Below are positions 8,438-18,520 of a DNA stretch of 64,000 bases, one piece after another (within the stretch, counting starts at the first letter, position 1; every line of letters begins with the position of its first letter). The stretch comes from an uncultured Acidobacteriota bacterium (lineage in GTDB: Bacteria > Acidobacteriota > Blastocatellia > RBC074). The notes below the pieces were generated by a model. It searched no databases and was not told the origin of the DNA. It worked only from the letters and a program-made list of their open reading frames with translations. The position numbers and the translations under genes are program-made. The stretch is taken from positions 1,007,383 to 1,071,382 of the forward strand of contig CAWCKY010000007.1 of assembly GCA_963796275.1 (NCBI GenBank). The letters run 5' to 3'.

Positions 8438-9174
8438 GAGCGTTATCGGTGGGAGCGACCTGGGTGGCAAGCAAACCTGGAGGCCTGAACATCAAGAAAT
8501 GTCTGCCGCTCCGAAATAGAGTTCCCGTGCTGAAGTCGCCGCATGGATAGTGGTTGGGAAAGCCGACATAGCCTAACGTAGGGAAGGCCGATGACTGGCG
8601 GGAAGAAACGGGTAAGTGCACCGCCAGACCCGCCGGGGTAGAAGACCAAGCATCCGGGGAAGGATTCGCAGAGATAAGGTCGGGAAGGTCCTGGTGACCA
8701 GCCGCGGGTGGTCCAAGCGGCAAAGACTTGATCAATAGCCGAAAAGCGAAGTGATCGAGAGGCAACAGGACTGGCACATGAGGCCGTAGTAGCGATGAAG
8801 GGAAGGCAACGCTTCCTGAGCGAAGGGCCTCTGGGTACGTAGCTACTACTTTAACGAACCAGAGACTGGACACAGAGCCAGACAATCTCAGGGAGACGGA
8901 AGTTAGAAAGGCTGTGAGCAAACCTCACAGGGAAGAGGGAATGTTGACCACAACTAAAGCTCAACTCGATGGGGGAAGGCTCACAGGTGAAGGGGGAATA
9001 GGGTACCTCGGCTGCGACTTGAAACTGGACTCGGGAAAACCGACCGTCCGGGATTATAGGGGGGCTCTGGGAAACATAGACTATGGAGGAATTAGGTTCC
9101 CGTTCCACAGATCGAAAGAGTGGAGATCGGTCACTCCCCTCCTAAGGTGCTATGCGCCCAGTTTCTATCCCAAT
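8438..9174 (+). ncRNA. ORF-less group II intron (boundaries approximate)
   Basis: 5' GAGCG, domain III-like GTAGTAGCGATGAAG...GAGCGAAGGG, domain V AACTGGACTCGG-GAAA-ACCGACCGTCCGGG at ~9023-9055, domain VI ending CTATCCCAAT. No RT ORF. Confidence 0.8.
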
Positions 9175-9652
9175 CGTCATACCGTATTTCCACTGTTGCG
9201 CCCGCCTCACGCAACGCTTTTTCTAACGCAGCAAATTGCATTGGCCAACCTTGAGCTATTTGAAACACGTTTTGATTTAACAAATCTTGAACGGCACTTG
9301 GGGCCGCATTAGTTGAAGCCCGTATAACCGCAAACACTTTTGCTCTATTGGGGCCCACATTTGTAACCCAGAGCGTTGGATCTGTGACGAGACCATACTC
9401 ACGGTGCGACAGAACTACATTCAGTTTCGTACGAAGAGCCCCTACAGCCTGATCGAGTGTCATGCCTTTACATAATTTGGCTTCCTTAGCGTGCTGAGCG
9501 CAGAACCACCCAGCCCCCCGAGGATGACCACCTACCATATTCTCCGGCAGTGGCTCGTAGTCCGAAAATAAAATGAGTTCCCCACCCTTGTTGGTATGGA
9601 AGTGCTCCGACCTGAAGTCTTTCCCGCAAAGTTCGCAAATTGGTGGTTTCAT
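9131..9652 (-). CDS. Hypothetical protein: N-terminal CxxC...CxxH motif plus C-terminal ribosomal L7/L12-CTD-like domain; the 3' end reads into the intron
   Basis: ICELCG, WFCAQH; VGPNRAKVFAVIR...ALEKALREAGATVEIR resembles the L7/L12 CTD. GTTAGGC lies 11 nt upstream of the ATG. Confidence 0.7.
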   Translation of the reverse strand: MKPPICELCGKDFRSEHFHTNKGGELILFSDYEPLPENMVGGHPRGAGWFCAQHAKEAKLCKGMTLDQAVGALRTKLNVVLSHREYGLVTDPTLWVTNVGPNRAKVFAVIRASTNAAPSAVQDLLNQNVFQIAQGWPMQFAALEKALREAGATVEIRYDDWDRNWAHSTLGGE

Positions 9653-9729
9653 ATTTTCTTAGCGCCTAACTCACAATACTGTTAACACCTTTTGACTTGG
9701 CATTGCAATAAAACGGGCCGTTTAGCAGG

Positions 9730-10010
9730 ATGGGGTTGTGGCAACAACTCCGTTTTCTAACCGCACGACCCGTGACGATTGTCACGGCAACCTTAAATCA
9801 GCTGTCGGCGATCTCCAAGCCGCAACGCAAATTCGTCGCCGCGCTGTTGGCCACGATTCTGGCCCTGAGTGAGCGCTTCAATTATCGTAATCTGGCGCGT
9901 TACGGTAGCTATTCAGAGCGCACTCTGGTATGCCAACTACAAATACATTGACGTTGTTCTCAGGGGCGGCTTCCACGTGGTTTCCAAATTGAGATCAGAC
10001 GCCAATTCAT
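9730..10010 (+). pseudogene. DDE transposase remnant (IS4/IS701-like)
   Basis: KPQRKF...RFNYRNLARYGSYSERT and GFHVVSKLRSDAN in different frames, with a large internal deletion. Confidence 0.6.
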
Positions 10011-10156
10011 TATCTATCTTCAGCAAGTCGTCAAGCGTTTCCTGGCGGTTGAGCTGGTCACGCGCTAGAATCGGCCTTCACATTTGCCCACTGTTGTTGC
10101 GTTTTCTTGAAGGGGCGAATCCTCTGGCACCTCCTCAAACCGGGCATCTCACGCGA

Positions 10157-11356
10157 CTATTCTTTGAAAGTCGGGGACAACCGGAGCCGCAACAACAACA
10201 CGGCGGCTACCAGCATGACCACAAGAAAAAGAGAGAATGCCAGTCGATAGGAATGAGTTCGACCAAGCCACAACAGCACTGGGGCGAGCACGCTACCTAA
10301 TCGCGTAGTGAAGAATAGATAGCCATAAATCTCTCCGAAAGAGCGTATACCAAAAAAGAGGCATATGAGATATGGCACCGCGCTCATAATGGCGCCGTAA
10401 CTGAAACCGATCAGCGCGGCAGCAAGGCAGGCGCTCACGCTGGTCACACCAACGAGAAGTAGGGCAACCCCCAGTGTTACCGCAGCGAATGTGAGGCCCA
10501 CCACGCGAATCGCTGGAAATAGGTCTAGCAACCACCCCGTAACTAAACACCCGATCAGGCCCGCTGGCACCAGCAAGGAGAGAGCAAATTCAGCGGTCTG
10601 AGCCGAGATACCATGATCCGTCATTAAGTATTCCAGGTAGAACATGCAGGACCGTATTATGGCTGAAACCAGGATAAAGGCGAACATCATAAGCCAAAAG
10701 GTCCCACTAAGAAGGGCTTCGCGGCGGCCGATTCCTGAGGTTCGGTCCTTTATCGATGAGGCTTCCTGCGGAGGGGGCTCTTTGAGAAAGTACAGCAAGA
10801 CCGGTATTGCAACCAGCAGCACAGCGCCGCCGAGCAGCGCATATGAGATTCGCCAGTCGAATCTGTCGATCAGGCCGTGCACTACTATCGGCCAGACAAT
10901 TCCTCCGATTCCCGTAGCGCATAATATGACACCAAGTGCTAGCCCGCGCCGTGTAGTAAACCAGCGGGATATCAGGCTGGCATGCGGCACAGCTGAAGTT
11001 CCCGCGCCGAGCAACCCGAGAATGACGAGGAGAAGATAAAGAACCCAGAGATGGTGTGTGAACAATGAAAGCGCCGCGAAGAGCGTGCCGTAAAGCGACA
11101 TAGAGATAATGATCAGCCGCTGCGCTCCGAAGTGATCGGTTAACCGGCCAACCACCAGCATGCCGCAGATCGTCCCCAGGCTGCCCATCGAGAATGCCAG
11201 TGTGACTTGTATATTTGTCCAACTGAATTGCTCACTCAGCGGCACGATAAACATGCGGTTGGTAACTACCAGCAACGATCCATAACTGAAAAACAGTCCA
11301 ATAACCGAGGCCGCCACTACAGGCCAGGCCTTTCTATTTAGATGGGTACTTTCCAT
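10157..11356 (-). CDS. MFS transporter
   Basis: About 12 hydrophobic segments, motif A GRLTDHFGAQR and GWLLDLF, WFTTRRGLALG. Confidence 0.92.
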   Translation of the reverse strand: MESTHLNRKAWPVVAASVIGLFFSYGSLLVVTNRMFIVPLSEQFSWTNIQVTLAFSMGSLGTICGMLVVGRLTDHFGAQRLIIISMSLYGTLFAALSLFTHHLWVLYLLLVILGLLGAGTSAVPHASLISRWFTTRRGLALGVILCATGIGGIVWPIVVHGLIDRFDWRISYALLGGAVLLVAIPVLLYFLKEPPPQEASSIKDRTSGIGRREALLSGTFWLMMFAFILVSAIIRSCMFYLEYLMTDHGISAQTAEFALSLLVPAGLIGCLVTGWLLDLFPAIRVVGLTFAAVTLGVALLLVGVTSVSACLAAALIGFSYGAIMSAVPYLICLFFGIRSFGEIYGYLFFTTRLGSVLAPVLLWLGRTHSYRLAFSLFLVVMLVAAVLLLRLRLSPTFKE

Positions 11357-11510
11357 TTCGGATTATTGCATCCTTCGAATCTAAATCGTACTGCGATCTG
11401 GAATGCATGCGGAGCATCGTGTCCCTGCTGTGAAGAAGCTTGTCTCGGCACTTCGGTATCTTGATTGCTCTCTGGTTGGGAGCCTCACCTACGCCCCTTT
11501 CGGAGGCTGT

Positions 11511-11562
11511 GTGAGCCTTCGGTGCGCTGGTACCTTGTCGTACCAACGCACCGAAAGCTCAC
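11511..11562 (-). other. 23-bp RNA hairpin upstream of the MFS gene
   Basis: GTGAGCTTTCGGTGCGTTGGTAC-gacaag-GTACCAGCGCACCGAAGGCTCAC. Both mismatches are G-U pairs on the minus strand. Confidence 0.6.
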
Positions 11563-12043
11563 GATTGATCTGCGGCACCTATAACCATGGCAACACTACC
11601 TACAGTACCGGAGCTTGTTCCGCTATCACTCTCCCGCATGCAGCGAAAGCCGTAGATATCGAATCGTCAACCGCCACCTGTAAGCCGTAACGCATGGACG
11701 CTATTCTCGGGTCATTCGCCACACGATCGAAAGGGTGAGCGCGGGTTGGACGTACCTCAAATTTCGCGCTTCAATCCACCGCGCGGAGGAATATTCGATC
11801 ACCCACTTTTCTTGCATGCAGAACATCAACCCTTCAGCCTCCCTAAGAATGAATATGGCGAACTTCGGAACAGGCTCATGTCCGCGTTCGGCGGCCCCCG
11901 CTACTATGAAATCCAGTCAGCTAGCCGTTGCGGGAGAGACGAGCGGTCGAACGCGACGGCTGACCGCAGGATATCGCACTGCACTTCGTATCGCGTAGCG
12001 TGTTTTCGATAAGATTTACTCGTCGCATATCGCGGCATTCTTT

Positions 12044-13040
12044 TTATTTGGCCTTCGGCCATAGCAGATGGCCCGTTATATTCAGGCGGATGCGAAACAG
12101 CGTCTTTCCCGCCGTGATGTAGAGTGTTTTCAAGTCCGGATCGCCGAATGTGCAGTTGGTTACCATATCTTCCGGGACGGGAATTACGCCGATCTGCCTC
12201 CCTGCGGGAGAAAATATGTAGACGCCTGCCTTGGCCAGCCCGCTCTCCGATGGAGGATTCGGCGTATTGAGCCCGGCGGTCACATAGAGATTCCCACGGC
12301 TGTCGAGACACATCCCATCACCGCCGCGACTCACACCAAAGTCGTGAATGACACGGCGTTTGCCTGTTGAGCCATCGGCGCTCAATTCATAAGCAATGAC
12401 TTGGCGCGAGCCACCCGCCAGGTTGTTGTTGTCTATCACATAGAGCGTCTTCTGATCAGGGGAGACAGCGATCCCGTTCGGACGTTCTAGGTCATCGATC
12501 ACCCGGTTTATCTTTCCATCCGGATCAATGCGGTAAACCGCTTCCTTATCCATCTCCATTCCCGACCTATCGCCATAGCGTGGGTCGGTGAAGTAGAGCC
12601 GGCCCTGAGCATCCACATCAATATCATTGGGGCTGTTGAATGGCTTGCCCTGGTACGAGGCTGCCAACACGGTGAGACTGCCGTTATGCTCCGTTCGCGT
12701 AACTCTGCGGCTACCTCCTTCGCAAGCCACGAGTCGCCCTTCGAGATCGAAGACCAATCCGTTGGCGCGACCTGAAGGCTGGCGATAGACCTCAATCAGT
12801 CGACGGGGGACGGGGTCCGGGCCCGGCGCCGAGCGCATAATTCGATTATTGCTGACATCGGTAAAATAGACGCTGCCATCCGCGTGATACACCGGCCCTT
12901 CCGTGAAGGCTACTGTTGAAACCACCTCAAGTTTCGGCTTCTGTTGGCAAGACAGGAACCTGTGCCTGAATGCCAGCTGACAGTATCATCAGAAATAGAG
13001 TCGTTATCGATCTTTGGATTCGCTGAATCAAATTATCCAT
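12044..13040 (-). CDS. SMP-30/gluconolactonase family protein, secreted; frameshift at ~12940 between the signal peptide and the propeller
   Basis: FTEGP, ANGL, FNSPND, YFTDP, PNGIAVSPD, GDGM, TNCTFG. Upstream frame MDNLIQR...LFLMILSAGIQAQ. Confidence 0.88.
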
Positions 13041-13073
13041 AATCTTAGTGCTCGGATCCTTGCCATAAATCAT

Positions 13074-13540
13074 CTAAAAACCTCAAAAAGATACCCCATC
13101 CATAGCGAACATCTGGGTGAGCTTGGAGGGAGAAAGAATTTTGAGATCGTGCTCCAGTACGATTAATTCTGTAGCCGTTCGCCTTCTACAACACCCGGCA
13201 GTATCGATGGCTGATCCCCTGGACTGTGCTGCCCCAGTTACCACATTGAATGAGCCGCTGCTACGTACTGCGACTCGCCCTACATAACAGCCGATCTTTT
13301 GGCCAGATCTGACGATTGCCTTAATGATATCTCCGGTTCTGAAGCCTTTGACAGTACGCGGTCCTTTGGCTGATGTGCGCGGAAACCCGTACTTGTCCAT
13401 CCGACACATCTGGCGAGTGTTATGCCCTGTCGCCTTGATCTCAAATGGGATAACTCCGTCGACAGCGACCTGTGCGGCGTAGACTTCCCGACGCAGGCTG
13501 CGTCGGTCCAGTGGGCCTTGGGTAGTTCTCGCACAGTCCG
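13074..13540 (-). pseudogene. iscB: IscB C-terminal remnant with right end, same family as 6629-7122
   Basis: LPKAHWTDAACVG, CRMDKYGFPR, GFRTGDIIKA, GRVAVRSSGSF. Right end is homologous to 6629-6775 and again followed by ATGA. Confidence 0.85.
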
Positions 13541-13541
13541 G

Positions 13542-13762
13542 TTATATTTGGTCAGTCCGCCTGGCTGATGAGACCGACATCACCAAAACATTTCTCCCCA
13601 TACTTGGCGTCATACGATTGCGACTGAACTCCTCGACGCTGGTGCGCCGCTCTCCAAAGTATCCAACCTTCTTGGGCACAGCGACACGAAGATCACAGCA
13701 AAAACTTACTACTCGGACCCTGAGGGCCTGAACGTCGAAGATTACATCGAGAAGGATAACTG
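13542..13762 (+). pseudogene. Tyrosine recombinase C-terminal fragment
   Basis: Plus frame not in the ORF track: ISPHTWRHTIATELLDAGAPLSKVSNLLGHSDTKIT (HxxR, LLGH). Confidence 0.8.
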
Positions 13763-13839
13763 ACAAAACTGGTGTTTCGCTCTAACTCGGGCTCGTCAGC
13801 AGTTCTTGATTCCGGATTGGAGCCTATGGGCGTGCTCGA

Positions 13840-14850
13840 CTAATCATTGCGTTTAAGAGTCGGCCGCTCTGTTTGCAGCTGTGTGGAATTGATGCTATCG
13901 GTGGCCGGAGCTGGACGACGCTTGAGCGTCGGGCGTTCGCGCTCGTTCTGTACGCTCTCCGAACGCCGTGACGTGTTGATCGCGACCAGCCGTGCCTTGA
14001 CGGTGCTGAAATCGGAAGAGCTGACCTCATACTCATTCCTCTCCGGGAAACGGATGACAAGCTCGCTCACTTCTTTGATCCGATCACCGGTCAGCGGATG
14101 AGTGCTGAAGAGCTTGGAGATAGTGCCCGGTTTCTTCTTCTCTTTGGCCTCAAGCTTTTCGAAGAAGCTGACCATCGCCTGCGGATCATATCCGGTAGCC
14201 CACATATATTGAGCACCAAGCCGGTCGGCCTCTTCCTCGGCGCCGCGCGAGAATTTGAGAAAGCCCAGCGGAATCGCCAATCCGGCGGCCTGCTGAATCG
14301 CGTAACCACCGATCCCGCCCAGGAAGATCAGCGGAAGCGAGGCATAATTGATCAGGCTGCTTTTGGATGCCTGCTCGACACCATGACGTGCTGCCACGTG
14401 CGCGGTCTCGTGCGCGATCACCCCAGCCAGCTCAGCTTCATTGTCGGCGGCTTCGAGAACACCGCGGTTGATATAGAGAAAGCCGCCCGGCAGCGCGAAG
14501 GCATTGATCTCGTTAGAATCGATCACCTTGATTGCGAACGGTACTTTGGAGTCTGAGTGGAGGGCTATGTTCTGCCCGACGCGGTTAACATACTCAGTCA
14601 CCAGAGGGTCGGTGACGAACTTTGATTCCCGGTCGATCTCTGCGGCGAGCTGCCGACCGAGGGTGACCTCTTTATCGATCGAGTAAAAATCGATCTGACC
14701 CTTGTTGATATTCCGCTTGCCGATCAAGAGCGGATTTTCTTTGTCTTCCAGCGGCTTCTGTTTCGTTTGCGCGAGTCCTGGCGCCACCGCCAGCAATAGT
14801 GACATTACGAGCAAGCTTACTTTGGGCAGAAATATGGTGTTCATCTTCAT
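13840..14850 (-). CDS. M48 family Zn metallopeptidase (BepA/YfgC-like), secreted
   Basis: Signal peptide, INAFALPGG, HETAH, EEEAD, STHP. Confidence 0.93.
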   Translation of the reverse strand: MKMNTIFLPKVSLLVMSLLLAVAPGLAQTKQKPLEDKENPLLIGKRNINKGQIDFYSIDKEVTLGRQLAAEIDRESKFVTDPLVTEYVNRVGQNIALHSDSKVPFAIKVIDSNEINAFALPGGFLYINRGVLEAADNEAELAGVIAHETAHVAARHGVEQASKSSLINYASLPLIFLGGIGGYAIQQAAGLAIPLGFLKFSRGAEEEADRLGAQYMWATGYDPQAMVSFFEKLEAKEKKKPGTISKLFSTHPLTGDRIKEVSELVIRFPERNEYEVSSSDFSTVKARLVAINTSRRSESVQNERERPTLKRRPAPATDSINSTQLQTERPTLKRND

Positions 14851-14938
14851 CCTCCGGTAACATTGTCTTCACCTTTCGTTACGAGAGAGCTTTCCCATCA
14901 GATTTGCTATCTATTCAAACTCAATTATTTTCACACGG

Positions 14939-15466
14939 CTACCTTTCCATCCACGAGAGTAAGAGCGAATGCGATGGGATATAGATTTCACCTCTCCCCA
15001 AACCCATCGCCCGTTTTTTCTCCCGCACGTAGCGGCGCACAGTCGATTCACCGATCTCCACTTTTAGTTCCTGATCGATCCCGACATAGATTCGATGTGC
15101 CGCGTGCGGTTGTTTCCGTGGCGCTCTGCGATCACTCTCCAATATCTCATCGATGAAGGCTTGTACCGGACCAAGAATTGGGCGATTGCGGACTGGGTTC
15201 TTGCGCTCCGGCGGCAAGGCATCCTGGAGCGCTTGCCGGACCATCCGTCGATGCACTCCGAATTTCTCTGCAACACCTTTAATGGTTCCTATTCCGTACT
15301 GATATTCGCGGCGTATTGCTTCGAATAGTTCCACTTTGGCTCTCCTATCCATCCCATCCTCCCCTTGTTGGACGTATCTAAATCCAACACAGGATAGATG
15401 GGTTGTGGCTTAAGGGGTGGGCCAAATGAGATGATCGAAGTGGGCCGATTTAGAGTATCGGAATCA
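14939..15466 (-). mobile_element. istA: IS21-family element, left end plus truncated istA
   Basis: [11 protein letters not shown]...[11 protein letters not shown]...[11 protein letters not shown]. The left end TGATTCC carries repeated GGCCCAC motifs. Confidence 0.8.
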
Positions 15467-15895
15467 ATCTTCTGGGTTTCTTGTGCTCTGGTTTCTGCCG
15501 CACGTCGCAGTTCATCATCTCCACTACTATTTCCTGTGGTGTAAGAAACAACGTAAATATCTTCTCCATAGGGATCAACATATTTCAGCGGATTGTTCCA
15601 GACATAGGTATATCGGTTCCAGTTTTGTGGTTGGCTTAAGTATTCTTCAAAATCATCTTCATTATCTATTGAAAGGGATCTGGACTCGTGAAGCTTCCCT
15701 GAAATGAAGCAAAATAACGTGCCTGAGCGAAATCGAGCCCCGTCTCATCATCTCTCTCATACCCGGTAAACTTCTGCCGCACCGAATTGTCGCCATAACC
15801 GAGCTCTGCGCTTCTGAGCTCAACTCCGTTTCCGAGCTGTTCGCCGAAGGGTAAAAAATCGTTCCGTCTTACTTCTCCCAGGCTACCTGAAGAAG
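15467..15895 (-). pseudogene. RHS repeat-associated core fragment with the start of a toxin tip, cut by IS21
   Basis: RQKFTGYERDDETGLDFAQARY...FTSPDP, then PQNWNRYTYVWNNPLKYVDPYG. Confidence 0.82.
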
Positions 15896-16163
15896 GCTTA
15901 CATGTCGCGCGCATTCGATATTGAAACTATAGATTTGGCAAAGCATTCTCAGTCAGGAGGCCAGTTCTTCGATATATCGAGCGCGACGCGCCGGGGAGTC
16001 AGGCATGAAAGTGCAACGACCTGCAATCTCACCAACCCCGCGCCAATCGAAGACTGCCGCACTTGCCCCGATCCAGGTAATTTCGATTTGGATCAGACGC
16101 CAGCTCTTCCTTCGACGCACTCAATCAGAGTATACTCGGCGCTCCCCAGTCCTAGAGGTGTAT

Positions 16164-16664
16164 ATGATAAAAACTCGAGTCTCACTCCTTCTTTTTGCTG
16201 TGTTCGGTTTGTCCGTTGAAGCTTCCGTCATTGCACAGGTAACTCCGAATCCGCAGACGCAGCCCGAAACAGGCGCCTGCAAAGGCTATAAGATGCCGAT
16301 CATCAAGCCGGATGAAAGCATCGACTATAAGACGCCGGTTCGGAAACCTCCCGAGGGGATCGATTATAAAATGATCGTCATTAATCCTTGCCCAATGGAT
16401 ACGCTCGCTGGAAATTTGACGCCGCCGCCGAATCGTGGCTTTGGTCTGAATCCACGTCTGACAACGCCAGGAATCGGGCCAGGGACTCGTTCTTTCGAAC
16501 CGAGGTTTCCGTCTCCGCAGTGGACGCCGCCGTCGGGTGGATCAGGTACGTTGCAACCAAAGCTTCCATTCCAATTACAATCGAGTGAGGGCGCCGAAAA
16601 AAGCAAATCTCCCTCCGACCTTCTCCGGAAATTTGCGACGCCCGTCGAAGGGAAAAAGCCCTGA
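16164..16664 (+). CDS. Secreted Pro-rich hypothetical protein
   Basis: RBS GAGGTG, signal peptide MIKTRVSLLLFAVFGLSVEA, repeated (YKM/YKT)P..KP...ID units, terminator downstream. Confidence 0.65.
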   Translation: MIKTRVSLLLFAVFGLSVEASVIAQVTPNPQTQPETGACKGYKMPIIKPDESIDYKTPVRKPPEGIDYKMIVINPCPMDTLAGNLTPPPNRGFGLNPRLTTPGIGPGTRSFEPRFPSPQWTPPSGGSGTLQPKLPFQLQSSEGAEKSKSPSDLLRKFATPVEGKKP

Positions 16665-16688
16665 CAAAACAAGCGACAAGTTCAAAAC

Positions 16689-16738
16689 AAAAGCGAGGCC
16701 GGCGAAAATCCTGAACTTTCGCCGGCCTCGCTCTTTTT
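16689..16738 (+). terminator. Intrinsic terminator
   Basis: AGCGAGGCCGGCGAAA...TTTCGCCGGCCTCGCT followed by CTTTTT. Confidence 0.8.
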
Positions 16739-16819
16739 GCTGGTTCTTATGCTTTTTCCTATCTCCTCATCGATTTTGAGCTTCGATTGTGACCATGCTG
16801 ATCATCCGTAAGCTTTCGG

Positions 16820-16970
16820 CATTCACGCGTCAAACGATGGCAAGATCATGATTTTCGCTGGCGGCATCCCGCTGAAGCGCGAGGGCAAAGTAGTAGGTGC
16901 AATTGGTGTCAGCGGTGGTAGCGGCGATCAGGACCTTGCCGTCGCGACAGCTGGCGCAGCTGCATTTTAA
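16820..16970 (+). pseudogene. GlcG/HbpS heme-binding protein, C-terminal fragment
   Basis: IMIFAGGIPLKREGKVVGAIGVSGGSGDQD...AF*. Confidence 0.75.
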
Positions 16971-17014
16971 TGATGTCACAATGGCCGGACACTGACCGAC
17001 GATGAGGTGTAAGG

Positions 17015-17165
17015 ATGACTTGGAATCGAAATCGACTGACTGAAAAACTCGGCATCGACTACCCGATCATTCAAACGGGAGGAGCGATTGTCGCTTATCA
17101 ATCCAACTTTGGCGGATTGGGATATTTCGGAGCGCTTAGTCTGTCACCGGAAGAAATTAAGAAGG
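17015..17165 (+). pseudogene. Nitronate monooxygenase-like N-terminal fragment
   Basis: RLTEKLGIDYPIIQ...SNFGGLG.FGA..LSPEEI. Confidence 0.6.
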
Positions 17166-17347
17166 AACCGACAATGTTTGTTAAATCAGATCAGAAGACT
17201 TTCCTTCACCGCCAAGGACACGCACATATATCCACCGTATGTTTAACGGCTAACCCAGATCAGATAATGCCTGCTCGATTATTGGCTGGATCATTATTGA
17301 TTACACGTTTCAAAAGAGCTTTGGCTTTTACCTGTTGACCAGTTTCC

Positions 17348-17878
17348 TTAAGGAATCTTTAACGTGAGGTAAAACGGCCACAGGCCGAGCACAAACCGAA
17401 CAATAAGGTTACGCCGCGGCTCATTATAGATTCCCACGCCGATGCTCAGAACTTTGATTTGCTCTTTTGGGATTTTGTAGGCGTGTACTGCTGCATCTGC
17501 GATGGCAAACAGAGTGGGGTTGTTGGCCACGAAACCGCCATCAATCACCTCTTGTCTTCTCTGGTTCACCGTATCAACGTGCTGTCTTTTGAAGAATGGA
17601 AAAGCCGCAGTGGATGCCATTAGAGCATCGGTAATCGTGCAGCCGAAACCAGGGACAAACGTGCTCTTAAGGCCATGCGCCTGTGCCACTGAGGATTTGA
17701 AAATCATCGGTTTTTCAAGCACCAGGCTTGTTGCTACAATTCCGATATTGGTCTTGAATTCATCGAATTTTTTATCTTTCAAGACTGCTCCTGCGTTTCT
17801 CCTGAGGGCCTGACTCCTTCCATGTGCTGACTTGTGCCCCATCACATCGGAAATCAGTTTGAAGTATATGCTGGTCAT
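17348..17878 (-). pseudogene. Patatin-like phospholipase fragment (N-terminal GxSxG half missing)
   Basis: ASTAAFPFF, DGGFVANNP, VLSIGVG. Confidence 0.75.
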
Positions 17879-18174
17879 CTACCAACGTTCCACGGCGTTT
17901 CACGATTCAAGGTTTATGTCCAGAAGGCCACCCGAAATAGCTCTCTTGAAAGATGTAAGGTCAGCGTTCCACGATGTTTCACAGCAGGTGATTTTGGCAT
18001 TCTGAATATGGACCATTTCGGGAGAAGCTGTCCGGTAGACTCGGCCGCAACGTACTGCGTGATCCAAAGCCACCTTCTGAGAGGATCACCGAGATTCCGA
18101 TTTGCCTGATTGATTGACAGCCTTCTGTCATTCACCTATGGACATTGCAATGAGAGAGGGGTATCTTCCTTGGT

Positions 18175-18518
18175 ATGTCCAAAGGGAAAACTACAGAGAA
18201 ATCGGAAGTTCTCCAGGGTACGCTCAACCTGATGGTCCTGAAAGTTCTCGATGCGCTCGGTTCGCAGATGTGTATGGCATCGCCCGCCGGATCGAGCAAG
18301 TGAGCGAGCAGGTTCTGCAATTGAATGAAGGAACGGTCTACACCACGCTCTTGCGGCTCCAACAGCGGGGATGGATCGCTTCAGACTGGGGACGATCGCA
18401 GGCGAAATACTATTCGATCACAAAGAACGGCCGAAAACAGCTTGCGAGAGAGACGGAGAATTGGGAGCGGATCGCAGGAGTGATCAGGCACCTATTGAGG
18501 CTGGAAGGCCAGGAGTAA
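18175..18518 (+). CDS. PadR-family transcriptional regulator (acidobacterial type), frameshift at ~18270
   Basis: EVLQGTLNLMVLKVL / YGIARRIEQVS...GTVYTTLLRL...AKYYSITKNGRKQL. Confidence 0.85.
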
Positions 18519-18520
18519 AG

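Noticed and set aside
8394-9312. ORFs 8394..8921(-), 8851..9108(-) and 8914..9312(+)
   Set aside because: They lie over group II intron RNA and have no RT motifs (no YADD)
11400-11690. Assignment of the MFS leader to glycine, c-di-GMP, c-di-AMP, TPP or SAM riboswitch classes
   Set aside because: The required conserved blocks were not found in order, so it is left unassigned
17348-17878. Patatin fragment as a CBASS CapV effector
   Set aside because: The catalytic N-half is missing and there is no CD-NTase nearby
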